Shown in pieces: positions 51,413-64,000 of a stretch of DNA of 64,000 nt. The notes beneath the pieces were generated by a model, which ran no database searches, had not been told where the DNA came from, and was given only the letters and a program-made list of their open reading frames with translations. Origin of the DNA: Octopus sinensis (lineage: Eukaryota); assembly GCF_006345805.1 (NCBI RefSeq), contig NC_042997.1, forward strand, positions 176,452,001 through 176,516,000, read 5' to 3'. Position 1 is the stretch's first letter. Each line of letters begins with the position of its first letter. A program made the position numbers and the translations under genes.

Positions 51413-51636
51413 ATCTTATTCTATCGGTCTCTTTTGTTGAACAGCTAAGTTACGGGGATGTAAATACACCAACATCGGTTGTCAAGTGATGGTGGCAGAA
51501 CACACACACACATATATATACGATGGGCTTATTTCACTTCCGTCTACCAAATCCACTCACGAGGCTTGGGTTGGTCCAAGGCTATGATAGAAGACACTTT
51601 CCCAAGGTGCCATGCAGTGGGACTGAACCTGGAACC
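51413..51636 (-). mobile_element. CORE-type SINE (tail A), truncated at both ends
   Basis: Homologous to 61846-62170; CpGs partly retained. Confidence 0.8.
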
Positions 51637-51648
51637 TATTATATATAT

Positions 51649-51821
51649 AAGTCATAAATGACAGAAAAATAGTTTGATGGAATTTTATTTAACAATAAGA
51701 AAATTCTAATGTAAGTAATTTATTATTAAATATAAAATTATTTACATATCTTTAAGTTACGAAACAAATTTTCTTATTGTTAAATGAAATTACATCAAAC
51801 TGTTTCTGTCATTTATGACTT
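51649..51821. mobile_element. 173-bp fold-back element / MITE with ~56-bp inverted arms
   Basis: 51649-51705 (AAGTCATAAATGACAGAAAAATAGTTTGATGGAATTTTATTTAACAATAAGAAAATT) is the near-perfect reverse complement of 51767-51821. TAT on both flanks. Confidence 0.8.
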
Positions 51822-51960
51822 TATCATCTTCTTGTGTATCATACTATATATTCCATATATTTTGTAGTATGTTACATTAAGGTGCCTTTTTCTTTTTTTT
51901 TTGTTACAAATGCTACTGGATTATTTGAGTCCATATGTTGTAATTTTATATATAAATATA

Positions 51961-52281
51961 TGGCACTTGTGCCAGTAGCACGTAAAAAGCACCGAGTGTG
52001 GTCAGTGCCAGTGTTGCCAGGTTGGCTCCCATGCCTGCGGCATGTAAAAAAACACCATTCGAGTGTGGTCAATGTCAGTATCGCTTGACTGGCCCCTGTG
52101 CTGCTGGCATGTAAAAAGCACCCACTATACTCTCAGAGTGGTTGGCGTTAGGAAGGGCATCAATCTGTAGAAACATTGCCAGATCAGATTGGAGCCTGGT
52201 GCAGCCTCCTGGCTTGCCAGTCCTCAGTCAAACTGTCCAACCCATGCCAGCATGGAAAGCTGACGTTAAACAATGATAATG
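51961..52281 (+). mobile_element. RTE LINE 3' UTR copy
   Basis: GTAAAAAGCACC subrepeats and the shared tail. Confidence 0.85.
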
Positions 52282-52719
52282 AACCTTACAATCATGAATG
52301 CAACACACTAACCAGTAAGCCATGTGCCTCCATGTATATGTGTCTGTGTGTTAATAATGATCTCTACTAGCCTGTTTGAATTCAACAGATTATCTCCTGT
52401 TTATAAAAGTCTACTTTTATAATTGTGGAAGAAAATCTTCATTGGGCTACACTCAGTTCCTTACTAAAATATCATTCTGAATTGTAAAATCTGCCTTATA
52501 ATCATAAACACATAAACCAATACTCAATTGCTAATTCTTTATTCATTGCATTCAGTATCAAAGGATAATTCTGCTATCCATTAAGTTTTTTCTTTTTGTC
52601 CTTTCATTCTTACTTTGCTAATATGGTTTTTATTTTTTATCCAACACTTTCTCATATTCTTAAGTATGGAAAGTATTTATTCTGATTCAAATCATCTTTA
52701 TCACTTAACATATGTTTTC

Positions 52720-53955
52720 TAGGAAAGCATGGGTTGGATGGTTTGATAGGTGGCCAGCTCAAATTGTCTGTTTTAGTATGGTTTCTACAGCTGGATACCC
52801 TTCATAAAATCAACTGCATAAGAATGTACTGGGTGCTTTTCCATGTGACACTGGCACAGGTGCCTTCCCATGTGGCACTGGCACAGGTGCTTTTCCATGT
52901 GACACTGGCATAGGTGCTTTTCCATGTGGCATTGGCATAGGTGCTTTTCCATGTGGCATTGGCATAGGTGCTTTTCCATGTGGCACTGGCACAGGTGCTC
53001 CACAATGTAGCACTGGCACAGGTGCTTGTCCATGTGACACTGGCACAGGTGCTTGTCCATGTGACACTGGCACAGGTGCTTGTCCATGTGGCACTGGCAC
53101 AGGTGCTTGTCCATGTGACACTAGCAGAGGTGCTTGTCTATGTGGCACCGGTATGGGTGCTTTTCCATGTGGTACCGGTATGGGTGATTTTCCATGTGGT
53201 ACCGGTATGGGTGCTTTTCCACATGGTACCAGCATCCATGAATTCACAAGACAAGGACCTTTCAGCTGACAGAGGGATATGCTTGTATGTATAGATGGCT
53301 ATGATTTTATTTAGCTTGATGTGTCTTTCTAAGTACAGCAAATTGCCAGAAGTCTTGGTCCGTTGTCATTTCCTCAGTGAGACCTAGCCTCTGAAGATCC
53401 TTCTCACTACTTCATCCTACATCTTCCTCGGTCTACCCATTCCATATGTGTGCACTACAATTAGAGATTGGTACTTCTTTATGCATTTGTCCTCATCCAT
53501 ACACGTCACTTGACCATACCAGCACAGTCTTCTGTCTTGTGTACTACACCTGATGTCTCTTATACTCAATTTTTCTCTGAAATCATTTATGCTCTGTTGT
53601 ACATGCACACTAACATTACCCATCCAGTGGAGTATGCTAGCTTCATTTCTTTCAAGTCTTCACATGTTCTCACAAGTCATAACCCATCTTGCTACCTTGT
53701 AGCATAGCTTTTCGTACACAGGCATCATGTAATCAACCATTCACTCTGAGGGAGAAGCCTTTTGTTATCAACAAAAGTAGCAGCTCTGAGCTTTGCTCAA
53801 CCTGTTTGTTTCTAGTAACTATGCTTCTGGAGCTTCCTCTGCCTAGGTAACGGAAACTGTCTACTATTTCTAAGGATCCTCCCAGACGTTTGAAGGAGTC
53901 TATTTTCTGCACATTCCTAGTATTTATTGTACCTGCACATCTGCTACACACAAAA
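52720..53955 (-). mobile_element. RTE LINE 3' portion carrying an expanded 27-bp array in its 3' UTR
   Basis: The minus strand reads CSRC..LEIVDSFRYLG, RRLCWYGQV and GRPRK; tail at ~52720-52830. Confidence 0.88.
52832..53236. repeat. 27-bp minisatellite, 15 units (GGTGCTTTTCCATGTGGCACTGGCACA)
   Basis: Units counted by eye at an exact 27-nt period from 52832; they give 9-aa repeats in several frames. Confidence 0.95.
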
Positions 53956-55472
53956 TCTACTTTCTCTGTTTTTTTTCTTCACTTACCTCATTCTCACATC
54001 GTATGAAATTATAATGATATATTAGTTGACATATCTTTGACAGAATGTTTTAAAATTTTCTATTTCATATATTTTTTTATACTGAGATGCTTATTAGGCT
54101 TAAAACATAGCTATTAATATATAGGTTTAGCAACATTATTTTGAAATCCAAGGCTGTCTATAAATACTCTTCAAATAGATGACTATGTATTCATCCATTT
54201 CTGCACAGCCATACATTCTAGGCAGAAGTGGATCAAGATTTAACAATATGTATTTTGTAATAATTAGGGATCGCTTCTGAAATATATTACTCTAGTTAAA
54301 TAGCCAAATTTCACATTGTAAAATATATTTATTTTGTACAAAATTTTAAGGTATGTTGACAGTTTTGGACTGTATAAAATCAGGCCTCTACATTAAATCT
54401 GTCTGATGGTTGATCTTTTCCCCCCACCAAAATGATAAAATAATTACTAGAAATATAATAAAGGATTAGATTCAGGTGATGATGTACATCTACTTAAAAA
54501 TGAATCAGAATTAGTCCATAAATTTGTATGTCCTTTAATGATGTGTATGTGTATTTTTAATGATATATACATATTTTAGTGTATGTGTGTTTGATATACC
54601 AATTTCTACATACAGTTGACTGTTTTCAACAAATAGCTTTTAACAGTTTTAGAAATATTTTCATCTGCATTGTTTTGTAAGGACATCCTTTCTATTATAG
54701 AATTTTGAGTAATAGCCAGAATGAATAAATTGTATACCTTATTAAAATTATATGTGTGTATATTTGTGTTTATGCTTCCACACCATTTAAAACTTGTGTT
54801 TATAAGCCTTTTTATGTCTAGTTTGACAAGTTGTGATTCATAAGATAACTACTAGACTGAAACAAGCACTAGGGTCACTATGATTAACTAAAATGCTTTG
54901 AATGTATGGTTACTGTTGAATGCCTGAAATCAGTAAAATATGTATAGTACAAATTGTTTGACCACAATTTGTATCTCTGGTTTAAGTATTTATTGCATCA
55001 TAAGTAAGCTCAGCACATTTAGCTGATTTTAGGAAATATAGTAGTCTAGGAAATTCATGATTAGGGAAGTTTTTTTATTGGTTGCATCAATTTTATTTGA
55101 ATATTTCTTTCTTCTAGATTGGTTTCTCTTAGTTGGTTGGTCTCTTGCAATGCATTTTCAAATTTGTGAAGAGGTAGTGCTCAGCTTAATTCTAGAATGT
55201 CTGCTTTGGGGGTTCAAGCAAACTTGGTTTGTGATAGCTTTTTCCCTTTAGATTACATTCATTTATCTCTGCTTTTTACACACACACACACACACACACA
55301 TGTTAGTTACTGAATATAATCTAATGGACAAGTTTCAGTTTGTTTAAAAGGTCTTGGAATACCAAAATTCTGAGTTGTTGAAACAAATCGAAGCTTGACT
55401 ATTGAGCTACACAAAAGGAATATATCTACTCTATACCATTGAGTACTCAGTTGAATATTAGTCTTACCAGTC

Positions 55473-55473
<1 letters not shown>

Positions 55474-55528
<55 letters not shown>
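55474..55528. repeat. (TA)n(TG)n microsatellite
   Basis: Read directly. Confidence 0.9.
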
Positions 55529-55532
<4 letters not shown>

Positions 55533-57117
55533 CAGTTACTAATGTCTATGTATGCCAATTCTATAGAATATTTAAAGAATGCACTGGAAAGACATTTTGC
55601 CAACAAACCAATTATAAATATACAATCTCACACATATATGCATAAACACATACATAACTATTTAGGCTAAAGGCTATATTTTGGAAGAAATTACCATAAT
55701 GGTAAGAGAGATTACTGAAAAGAAAGGAGATTTTAAATATTTAAGTAGCCAAGTTGAAAGCATTAAACTTTGAATAAAGTGGATGACAGATGTCAGCTAA
55801 CCTTAAACCCGTTTTTAAAAATATTTGTTTACAATTGAAATATCCAAGTGTTAAACTTCAAAGGATATGAGGCATTATCCTGTTAACTTTTGAGTGTGTT
55901 CACATCGAATCCATTTCGTGTGAAAAGAACATTTTTCAATAAAATTTATAGGCTTTGTGGGTAGTGTGTGTGTATATATATATATGTATATATATATATT
56001 ATTTTCCAATATTGTTTTGTTTTAATGTATTTACTGTGAAACCTTTTTGGACAAAAATTCACTAGCACTTTCCTATATGTTATGGTTTTTTTTTACCCCC
56101 TAACATCTAAGAGCATGTCTTTGAGTTTCTGTTTCTTTTATAATTTCATCCAACTTTTAATTGAATTTTGTTCCTTTAACTATAACTGGATAGATTTAGA
56201 ATGGCTTAATTTAAAGGGAAATTTACATTTCTAAAATACATTCTACTATAATTATTGTGGAAATTCAAACTTTAAGCTAAATATTTTCCTTTATACAATT
56301 TCAATAGTTATTTCCTCTAAAATTTTACTAAACACAGTATGGTTAGTAGTATTATTATTTCCTACTAAATAATTATACTTTTGTTTGTGTGGTGATGTTT
56401 CAGCACAAGCAGCCATGATAGCACAAATCTATTTACATATTTACAAGAAAAAGGTTGACAATTCAATAGCATGTGTGTATATATTTATGCATGTGTGTGT
56501 TTGCGAGTGCATAGATGTGTATATATGTACACACAGTGCTCATATACACATAAAACTGTACATAGGGAAAACAGATTTTTTTTTTCAAATTAAAAATTTA
56601 ATAAAGATATTACAAACTAATTATATACTGATGTACATTTTACATTTTCAAAATAAATTGAAATGTAAGCTGTAAGTTGTAGTTTCATAAACAAATACAA
56701 ATAAAATAAGAATATACTTAGAGTGCTTAACTTTTGCAACATAATAAAGTAACTTGATTTTTGTTCACTCTATCAACATCTCATCAGGACAAAATTTTAA
56801 ACAATAAGTTTTGAATTCAAAACAATATTTCACAATTACTGAAATTTTAAGTGGAAAAAGTTTTTTTTCCCAGGTTTAAACTTTAAAGCAGTAAAGTTAA
56901 ATTTTCAAGATTCTCTAACAATTTTGCAAAATTTTAAAAGCAAGAAAGTTTAGTTCATCACGAATGAAAATAATGTTTAAAAATGTGTGAATGTTGTTTC
57001 TTACTTATTTGATATTTTGTTGTCTGAAGCAGATAATGTGCAATTTTGTGGTCTGAATGTAACCTGTGTTACTTGTGAAATTTTTCTGCAATCCTAACAA
57101 CCACCGTCCCTTTTCAG

Positions 57118-57159
57118 CAAAAACCACAGAAAGCTACTTTTCGATACTTCATAACATGG
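57118..57159 (+). CDS. Candidate 42-nt cassette exon (QKPQKATFRYFITW in phase 0)
   Basis: Branch-like TCCTAAC at 57092-57098, acceptor CCGTCCCTTTTCAG and donor TGG|GTAAGT. The length is a multiple of 3, it is open in the phase left by exon 5, and it lies in a local CpG-rich patch. No homology recognised. Confidence 0.4.
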
Positions 57160-58419
57160 GTAAGTGCAACGAGTCTCCCCCGACGATGCTTCACCTGCTT
57201 CTTCTCATAAAACCCATTGCATGTGTGTTTCCATGGATACCACTTTCGAGCACTTATTTCATGTTTCCTAAGCACAGGAATCTGGGATGGATTTTTGACA
57301 TTTTCACTTAAATATCTTTGAGAAAATGTAAATGAAAATGAAATCTTTCATTACATTTTTCCTTCTGACCTATATTTTAATGGGAACCATTGTGGAAAGT
57401 AGTGTGTTACCAAGGAAACTAATTGTTAAATGCTAGCTTTTTGTGCAGTTGTCATACTTCTCTCTAAAGTATTTTTATATGACTTATTAACCATGAACTT
57501 TAATCAACAAATATTTGATTTAACAAATATTCTCTATAGCTTGTTGCATCAAAAGGTTATATGCCAATAATTGTGTGTTTTTCTACGTATTTTTTTGTGG
57601 GTAAATTCTAGTGAATTAAACAAACCTAAATCTGTTGAGACTGCTTTTTTTTTTCTAACATTGATTAGGGAAATTGCATTGTTAACTCAAGATTTATTTG
57701 GTGTTTGATGTATATTTGAAACTAAAATATGTTCTTTGCAAGATCAAGTAAACATAGTTCAATAATGCTTCTGATTCCAAGCTTATAAATTATCTATTGT
57801 AGCATTTTTGATTAAACTGTGTTTAAGTTCTTTGGGCCAAAATTTACAAAACATGTTTAAACTTATGCTAGTAAGTTTTAACAACTTCTTCAGTAAAATG
57901 TTAAGTTTTTGTTTAAGAGATTATGGTTTGATAGCGGACGTTAAACAATGACAATGATGATGATATATAATTACATTTATAGCTCATTTACCAATATGAC
58001 ATAATGGTAGGAAAAGAAAGTGACTTATTGTTAAGAGAGAAAATAAGATTCTAATTCATGTATATCGAATAGTCATATAATTATGACAAGCAAAAAAATT
58101 TACAATTTTAATGGTGAATGGGAAGCTTTCTTTTTCTTTTGTGAGTCTTACTACTTTCTTTCTCTGTCAAATGAAAGTTTAACTAAGACTAACATTCAGT
58201 GAGGTTATATTACATGAAATTAAATTGTTATTGCTGTTTCTGATAAATGAAATAATTTATACCATATTATGACTTGATTCACTTCTAAAATGTAATACAT
58301 GATACTTTAACTTTGTTATTGATGTTCAAAACTATGACCTTGGTTTTAATGAAAATTATATATAAAAAAAAAAAATTCTGTTTATATAATTAATTTTTTG
58401 CATTTCTATTATTTGTTTG

Positions 58420-59097
58420 TTCTGGCACTTTACATACTGAGTTCAATTTCTGCAAAGGCAAACTTGCCTTTCATCATCCCCAGGGTCACTAAAATAAGTC
58501 TAGTACTGAATCAATAGTATCAGCTAATCCTTTCCCCTCAAAAATTGATGGCCTTGTGTCAAAATAAGAAACAGTTATTTTTGTGAAGATGGCAGAAGAT
58601 GGCTTTGTATAAAAAAAATGCCTTGCAATATTTGTTATGGCTCTTTACATTCTGAGTTCATATTCTGCTGAAATCAACTTTTCCTTTCACCTCGCCAAAA
58701 TTAATAAGATAGAATTACCAGTGAAGTATTGTAATCAACTGCCCATACCCCATAAATTTCTAGCCTATGTTAGAAACAATTATTTGCTTGTTTGACTCCC
58801 TACATTCTGAGTTCAAATCATACCAAAGCTAACTTTGCCTTTTATCCCCCCAGGTTTGATAAAATAAGTTCTAGTCTAAGCACAGTGATGGTGATGGGCA
58901 AGTAGTAGAAACAGTAAATGTTTTTACAGTATCTAGTTTTTTTTCTCTCTATTTTGAGTTTAAATTTTTAGAGTCAACTTTCATCTTCTCTGAAGTTGAC
59001 CAAAGAAACATCATTTATATTGTGAGGTCATTCAGTTGACTAAACCCCCTTCTCAACAAATTTATGGTCATGTGCCTATGTGAAAAATCAGTTATTT
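58420..59097 (+). mobile_element. Head-to-tail cluster of four decayed Meta-domain-like SINEs
   Basis: The B-box block (C/T)TGAGTT(C/T)A recurs at ~58437, 58652, 58807 and 58955, each followed by the CTTT..CCTTTCATC core. Confidence 0.7.
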
Positions 59098-61497
59098 TCT
59101 AGGCTCTAAAACCTTGATTGCATTTTGTGTAACATGAAATGTATTTTGCTTTTAATCTATGTTAAACTTCTCCCTCTGATATATCTACATTTTTCTGAAT
59201 ATTCTGCTTTCATTTTGTGTTGAAAATTGTTACTTTGTTCAGCATTGTAATATGGTGGAGTTAGACAATTAAAATGTTTCTAAATGCAAATTGTTAATCA
59301 TTTAGGAGTAGCTACTAGGTGTATTTACATATACGTGAAAATTGTATATTCTGTTGTACATTTTATTCATGTTATTTTTCTAAACAAAATCCAAACAAAA
59401 ATTACATTTTTCATTCTTTTTCTTTAAATGTTATAGTTTCTGTAGATATTCATATTGTCATTGAACATTTTCTATATGTAAAGTATTAAATTTTTTTTAA
59501 TATTCATATATTTCCTTTGCAAGTTAGTTATAATTAATATTACTCTATAAAACTTAATCTCTTTTTTTTTTTCCTTTTAGATTTAGTGTTTATGAATAAC
59601 TAATATTTACTTGATCAGCATGTTAGCTTTGTTTTCAGTAGGATTTATTTAATGATAGACTTTTTAGCAGGTTCGGCTGTTAAAGATAAAAATCCTTGAC
59701 TCATAAATGCTCCAAACATAATATTCTAATTGTTTTGTCTAATTAACTTTTAGCTTTACCTAAATCTTTTTCTGTAGAATGTTAAAATAATTTTGAGACA
59801 CATCACACTAAATATAAAATCTTTTTTTTTTCAAGTTTAAATGATAGTGACACACAAATTTCAACCTCACTTGTATAGCTCTATAGATCAAAACTTGTGT
59901 TACCAAATTCCAAATTATTTTCTTAGAAATTCCTAAAGAGAACCTCTAGTACACTGAAACAGACTAACTTTATCTACTCACAGAACCAATCAACCCATTC
60001 ATTTATCATACATAGAATATTATAATAACTGCAGTAAACTGTAAAACAATGTGGAACTGGAGTCATGTCTAATTTCTTGCATTCTTTTAAATTTTAATGA
60101 AGTAGTGACTAAACTAAATCCATGTCAGTTTCATTTCCTGTTACACTGCTAATATTCTTGTCACATTATCTTATTTCCTCTACATTTGAAACTTTTTTTC
60201 TAATAAAGAAAACAGTAGTTTGGTGATTTATATAGTCCTAGCGAGTCATACTTGACATTGTTAAAAATGTATAAAGCCTTCTGGGAATTATGCATGTTTT
60301 ACTGTAACAACATGTTTCAGCAAGTTAAATGCACATGTTTGCAAGTTCAATGCTCTTATGATGGGGTTTATATGTTGACAGCATGTGTCTTACACTATGT
60401 ACATCCTGCTTGGGACAACTTATGAAAATGAATATATGCATTATTTAAAATTATACAGCAAGTAATGTACTGAGCCCAAGTCAATTATACTATCCCCTTG
60501 CTTAAGGAAAATCAATATTGTAAATTGAGGTGCTTGAGAACTGTTAAAAATGAGTACAAAACAGCTAAATATAAATGTACATACACACAGATACACATTT
60601 TATATCCATATCAAGCCTTAAAAAACATACAAATATGCGTTTTGTTTTATTGAAAACATTTGTGAAAGTGGCATGAATGTGTTATTTTATTTAATTTAAA
60701 GAGTAGGCGTAATTTGATAGCCTTTGCATGTTTTCCCACTGGCGAGGTTGATGTGATTGATGTTGAGCTTGAACTTACATAAATGGATTGAGGAAGCTTC
60801 TGCAAAACAAGAATTTGGTCAGGTGTTTAATACAGATTTGATTAGATGAGACAAGTATGGATGATGAAAAGAGGGAAATCAGGTGTATCAAAAGAGCATA
60901 TGCAAGATATAACTGTAAGTTCTGAGAAACTGAAACCATTACTGGAAGGTTTAAAGTGAGTGTGTGAAAATAGCAGACAGGCTGTAGTTTATTGGTGAGG
61001 AACAATTTAAGAATCGGTTAGATATTCCCACTTGCTCTAGATAACTAGTGCTTTTATATGTAGACAAGTTGTGCCTTATAGAGTCAGCAGATATTGGCAG
61101 TTGAACTAGTTTCTGGCCTAAAAGAGACCTGTTATTGCATTAATATATTTTTAAAACTGGCCGCATCCATCCTCTCACACTTATGCTACATCATTCTAAA
61201 ACTAATCAAATTGAAATATTGAAGCTATGCTAATTCAAAACAATGTGAATAAATAAGAATTACATTTGACATAATATCCTGCATGCTAAAGAGTTAGATA
61301 TCTTTTATACATCATTAAGAATCAGTGATAATTAATACCCGACATATTTTCAAACTAGATCTATCAAACAATTTTCTTCACCCTACTTGTTCATGCTAAC
61401 TTGGTCTTACAATTGAAACTGTTTACTGTAATTGTAAAAGAATTATAATTATTTTCCTTCATGCATTTTATCAGAAAAACAATAGCTTTCGAATGTA

Positions 61498-61845
61498 TGC
61501 TATATATATATATATGTATGTAGGTGTGTGTGTAGCAAATGTATGTACATGGGTGCAGATATATGTATTATGTGTATATATGTGTGTATATATGCATGTA
61601 CATGTGTATGTATATATGTATGTATATATGCAGTACATGTGTATATATTATGTGTATGTGTGTATATAGGCATGTGTGTATATATGCATGTGTGTGTATA
61701 TGCATGTATGTACATGCATGTGTGTATATGTACGTGTGTGTCTGTGGTGCAGGTGTATATACACATGTGCACGCATGTGTATATATACATGTCTATACAT
61801 ATACATACATACGTATGTGTGTGTATGTATGCATATGTGTATATA
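61498..61845. repeat. Degenerate TA/TG/CA microsatellite
   Basis: Read directly. Confidence 0.9.
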
Positions 61846-62170
61846 GGTGCAGGTGTGGCTGTGTGGTAAGAAGCTTGCTTCCCAACCACATGTTTCCAGG
61901 TTCAGTCCCACTGCGTGGCACCTTGGGCCAATCAAAGCCTTGTGAGTGGATTTGGTAGATGGGAACTGTATATATTTGTGTGACTGTGTTTGTTCCTCCA
62001 CCATCGCTTGACAACCGATGTTGGTATGTTTACGCCCCTGAAAATTAGCAATTCAGCAAAAGGGGTTGATAGAATAAGTACCAGGCTTACAATGAATAAG
62101 TCCTGGGGTCGATTTATTCAACCAAAGGTGGTACTCCAACATGGCCTCAGTCAAATGACTGAAATAAGAG
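61846..62170 (+). mobile_element. CORE-type SINE (OR-like, tail A), best-preserved copy, with a small internal deletion
   Basis: A-box-like TGGCTGTGTGGTAAG and B-box-like GGTTCAGTCCC. CCTTGGGC is joined directly to CAATCAAAGCC, whereas other copies have ~25 nt more, consistent with a GGGC microhomology deletion. Confidence 0.85.
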
Positions 62171-62660
62171 TATGTATGCGTATGTGTATACATGTGTGTG
62201 TGTATGTATGTGTGCATATGTATATTCATGCATGTGTGCGTCTATGTATGTGTGCATATGTGCATGTATGTGTACATTCATGTATGTATATGCACATGTA
62301 TATATATGTATATGCACGTGTATTTTTATATATATGTATATGCACAAATTTATATATGTATATGCACACATATATATATGTATGTATATGCACACATGTA
62401 TATATATATATATATGTATATGCACACACGTGTATATATATGTATATGCACACACGTGTATATATATGTATATGAACACACGTGTATATATATGTATATG
62501 AACACACATATATATGCATGTATATGAACACACACATATATGCATGTATATGAACACACACATATATGCATGTATATGAACACACATATATATGCCTGTA
62601 TATGAACACATGTATATATACATATATATGCACACTTCTGCATATATATATGTATATGTT
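62171..62660. repeat. Microsatellite grading into a ~24-26-bp minisatellite (TATATGAACACACATATATGCATG)
   Basis: Read directly. Confidence 0.9.
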
Positions 62661-64000
62661 TCTGTGTAATTTTAATTCATATCCTTTACGATTTATTAAA
62701 AAAAAAAAAGCGTTTCCAATGGTAACACATTACTAATATCTGTATATATTCATCATTTCATATTTTAGTTTTAACTTTTTATTTATATTCATTTTTTCAA
62801 TGTTTCCTTATTTATTGTTATTATTTTAACTTTCTGTTAATTTCTTCTTGTTTATTCTGTTCATTATTGCTTAATACTTTACAGCTTGAAATTCTTTACT
62901 TTTTTTTTTTTCATTTCAAACTCAGTGCCACTGCACCTTTTCATTGTTGTGTGCTTCAATGGTGGTGTACAGTGGTGCCAAAGTCTCTTAGTTCTCTAAA
63001 CATTTTGCTTAACACTGGTGCATGTACATTTGGCCAAGCTCTACAAAGCTCTGATCACTGTGTATCAACAAGCACATGTGTTTACTTTTTGTTTCTGCTA
63101 ATTACTGCAAAATTGCTGAAAATCTGCCAAATTTTCATATAAGCTTTTCTAAGGTAAGCTTGAAGTTAAAGTATCACTAAGTATCTTCGTCAATTTTTAA
63201 TGCAAGCTTACTGTATATAAGAAAATATTGATCTCCCTCTTGTATTAGTGCAGCTATACTTGGTGGATTTGACACTATTATTATCTTCTCTGCTTTCATT
63301 AAGTTCAGTCTTTAAAATAGGTATTCTGTCTCCCTAAATTATTTGTATTGCTGTGTATTCTTTGAGGCTTTTTTCTTAATTTTATTTTCTCTCTCTTTTC
63401 ATATGTAATGTGTCATTACATCCTAGTATATATATATATATATATATAGGAATTAATTTTCTTCATTACATACATCAATTCATATCAGTGAATTTATTCC
63501 ATTGATATAAAAACTTTGATAAATATTAATTTAAACTATCAAAGTGTACTAATGTTATTTTATTTATTTTTCTGTATTCTATTTGTATTGCATGTTTTAA
63601 TTTCTTTGAAGTATTTCATAGTATAATATTTGTTGGTAATTATAATTTTAACTTTGTTTCATAGAATTTCTTTACAAAGTACATTAATTTCTCATTCAGT
63701 TTTCAACTGGAAGCTCTTAGTGATCATATTGAGATGCCAAGGAAAAACAATGAGAGATATGAAATGTATGAAAAGAATGAAAGAGGTGTATTCAGTGGCA
63801 GTGTGAAAGGTCTTCATAGTCTTTCTGAACAGTTGTGAAGAAATTTGCTCTTTCTTATGGAGTACAATAATAGTCATCGAAATATGCTAACACTTGGAAA
63901 TATTTCACATAGAAAAGGTACTACTAGAAGAACAACGAGTAGTCAGTGTTAAAGTTGGTTCCATTCAAATAGGAAGTATTTTATACATGAATACAAAAGA

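Noticed and set aside
52785-53294. Overlapping 9-aa-repeat ORFs (CHMEKHLCQ and others), metallothionein-like in appearance
   Set aside because: A by-product of a stop-free 27-bp tandem repeat in an RTE 3' UTR; several frames on both strands are open.
62926-63153. Possible exon between a pyrimidine tract/CAG and AAG|GTAAGC
   Set aside because: Stops in all three frames and no TRAPPC8 similarity.
63701-63960. Coding-looking purine-rich stretch (FQLEALSDHIEMPRKNNERY...)
   Set aside because: Internal TGA, phase incompatible with exon 5, no recognisable homology; may be a decayed element.

Overview
AT-rich eukaryotic DNA. The SINE/RTE repeat families and the gene point to a cephalopod, probably Octopus (inference). 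The window holds the 5' part of one + strand gene, TRAPPC8 (TRAPPIII subunit Trs85). Five coding exons are supported: 714-870, 23173-23373, 36054-36143, 38211-38385 and 40082-40244 (786 nt, 262 codons). I found no further exon with recognisable TRAPPC8 homology, so the gene probably continues past the window end. Intron 3 (36144-38210) has clear U12 minor-spliceosome signals. The introns are packed with decayed mobile DNA: a near full-length piggyBac with TIRs and TTAA, a piggyBac-type MITE, a Tc1, three mariner derivatives, several RTE LINE copies, a Penelope fragment, at least three SINE families, two fold-back elements, microsatellites and a 27-bp minisatellite. The best leads are the U12 intron and its recursive-type acceptor, a candidate unannotated 42-nt exon in a CpG-retaining patch (57118-57159), a competing stop-generating acceptor at exon 5, and a PHD-type zinc finger inserted inside the RTE reverse transcriptase. 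Repeat boundaries were read by eye and are approximate unless TIRs or target-site duplications (TSDs) are given.
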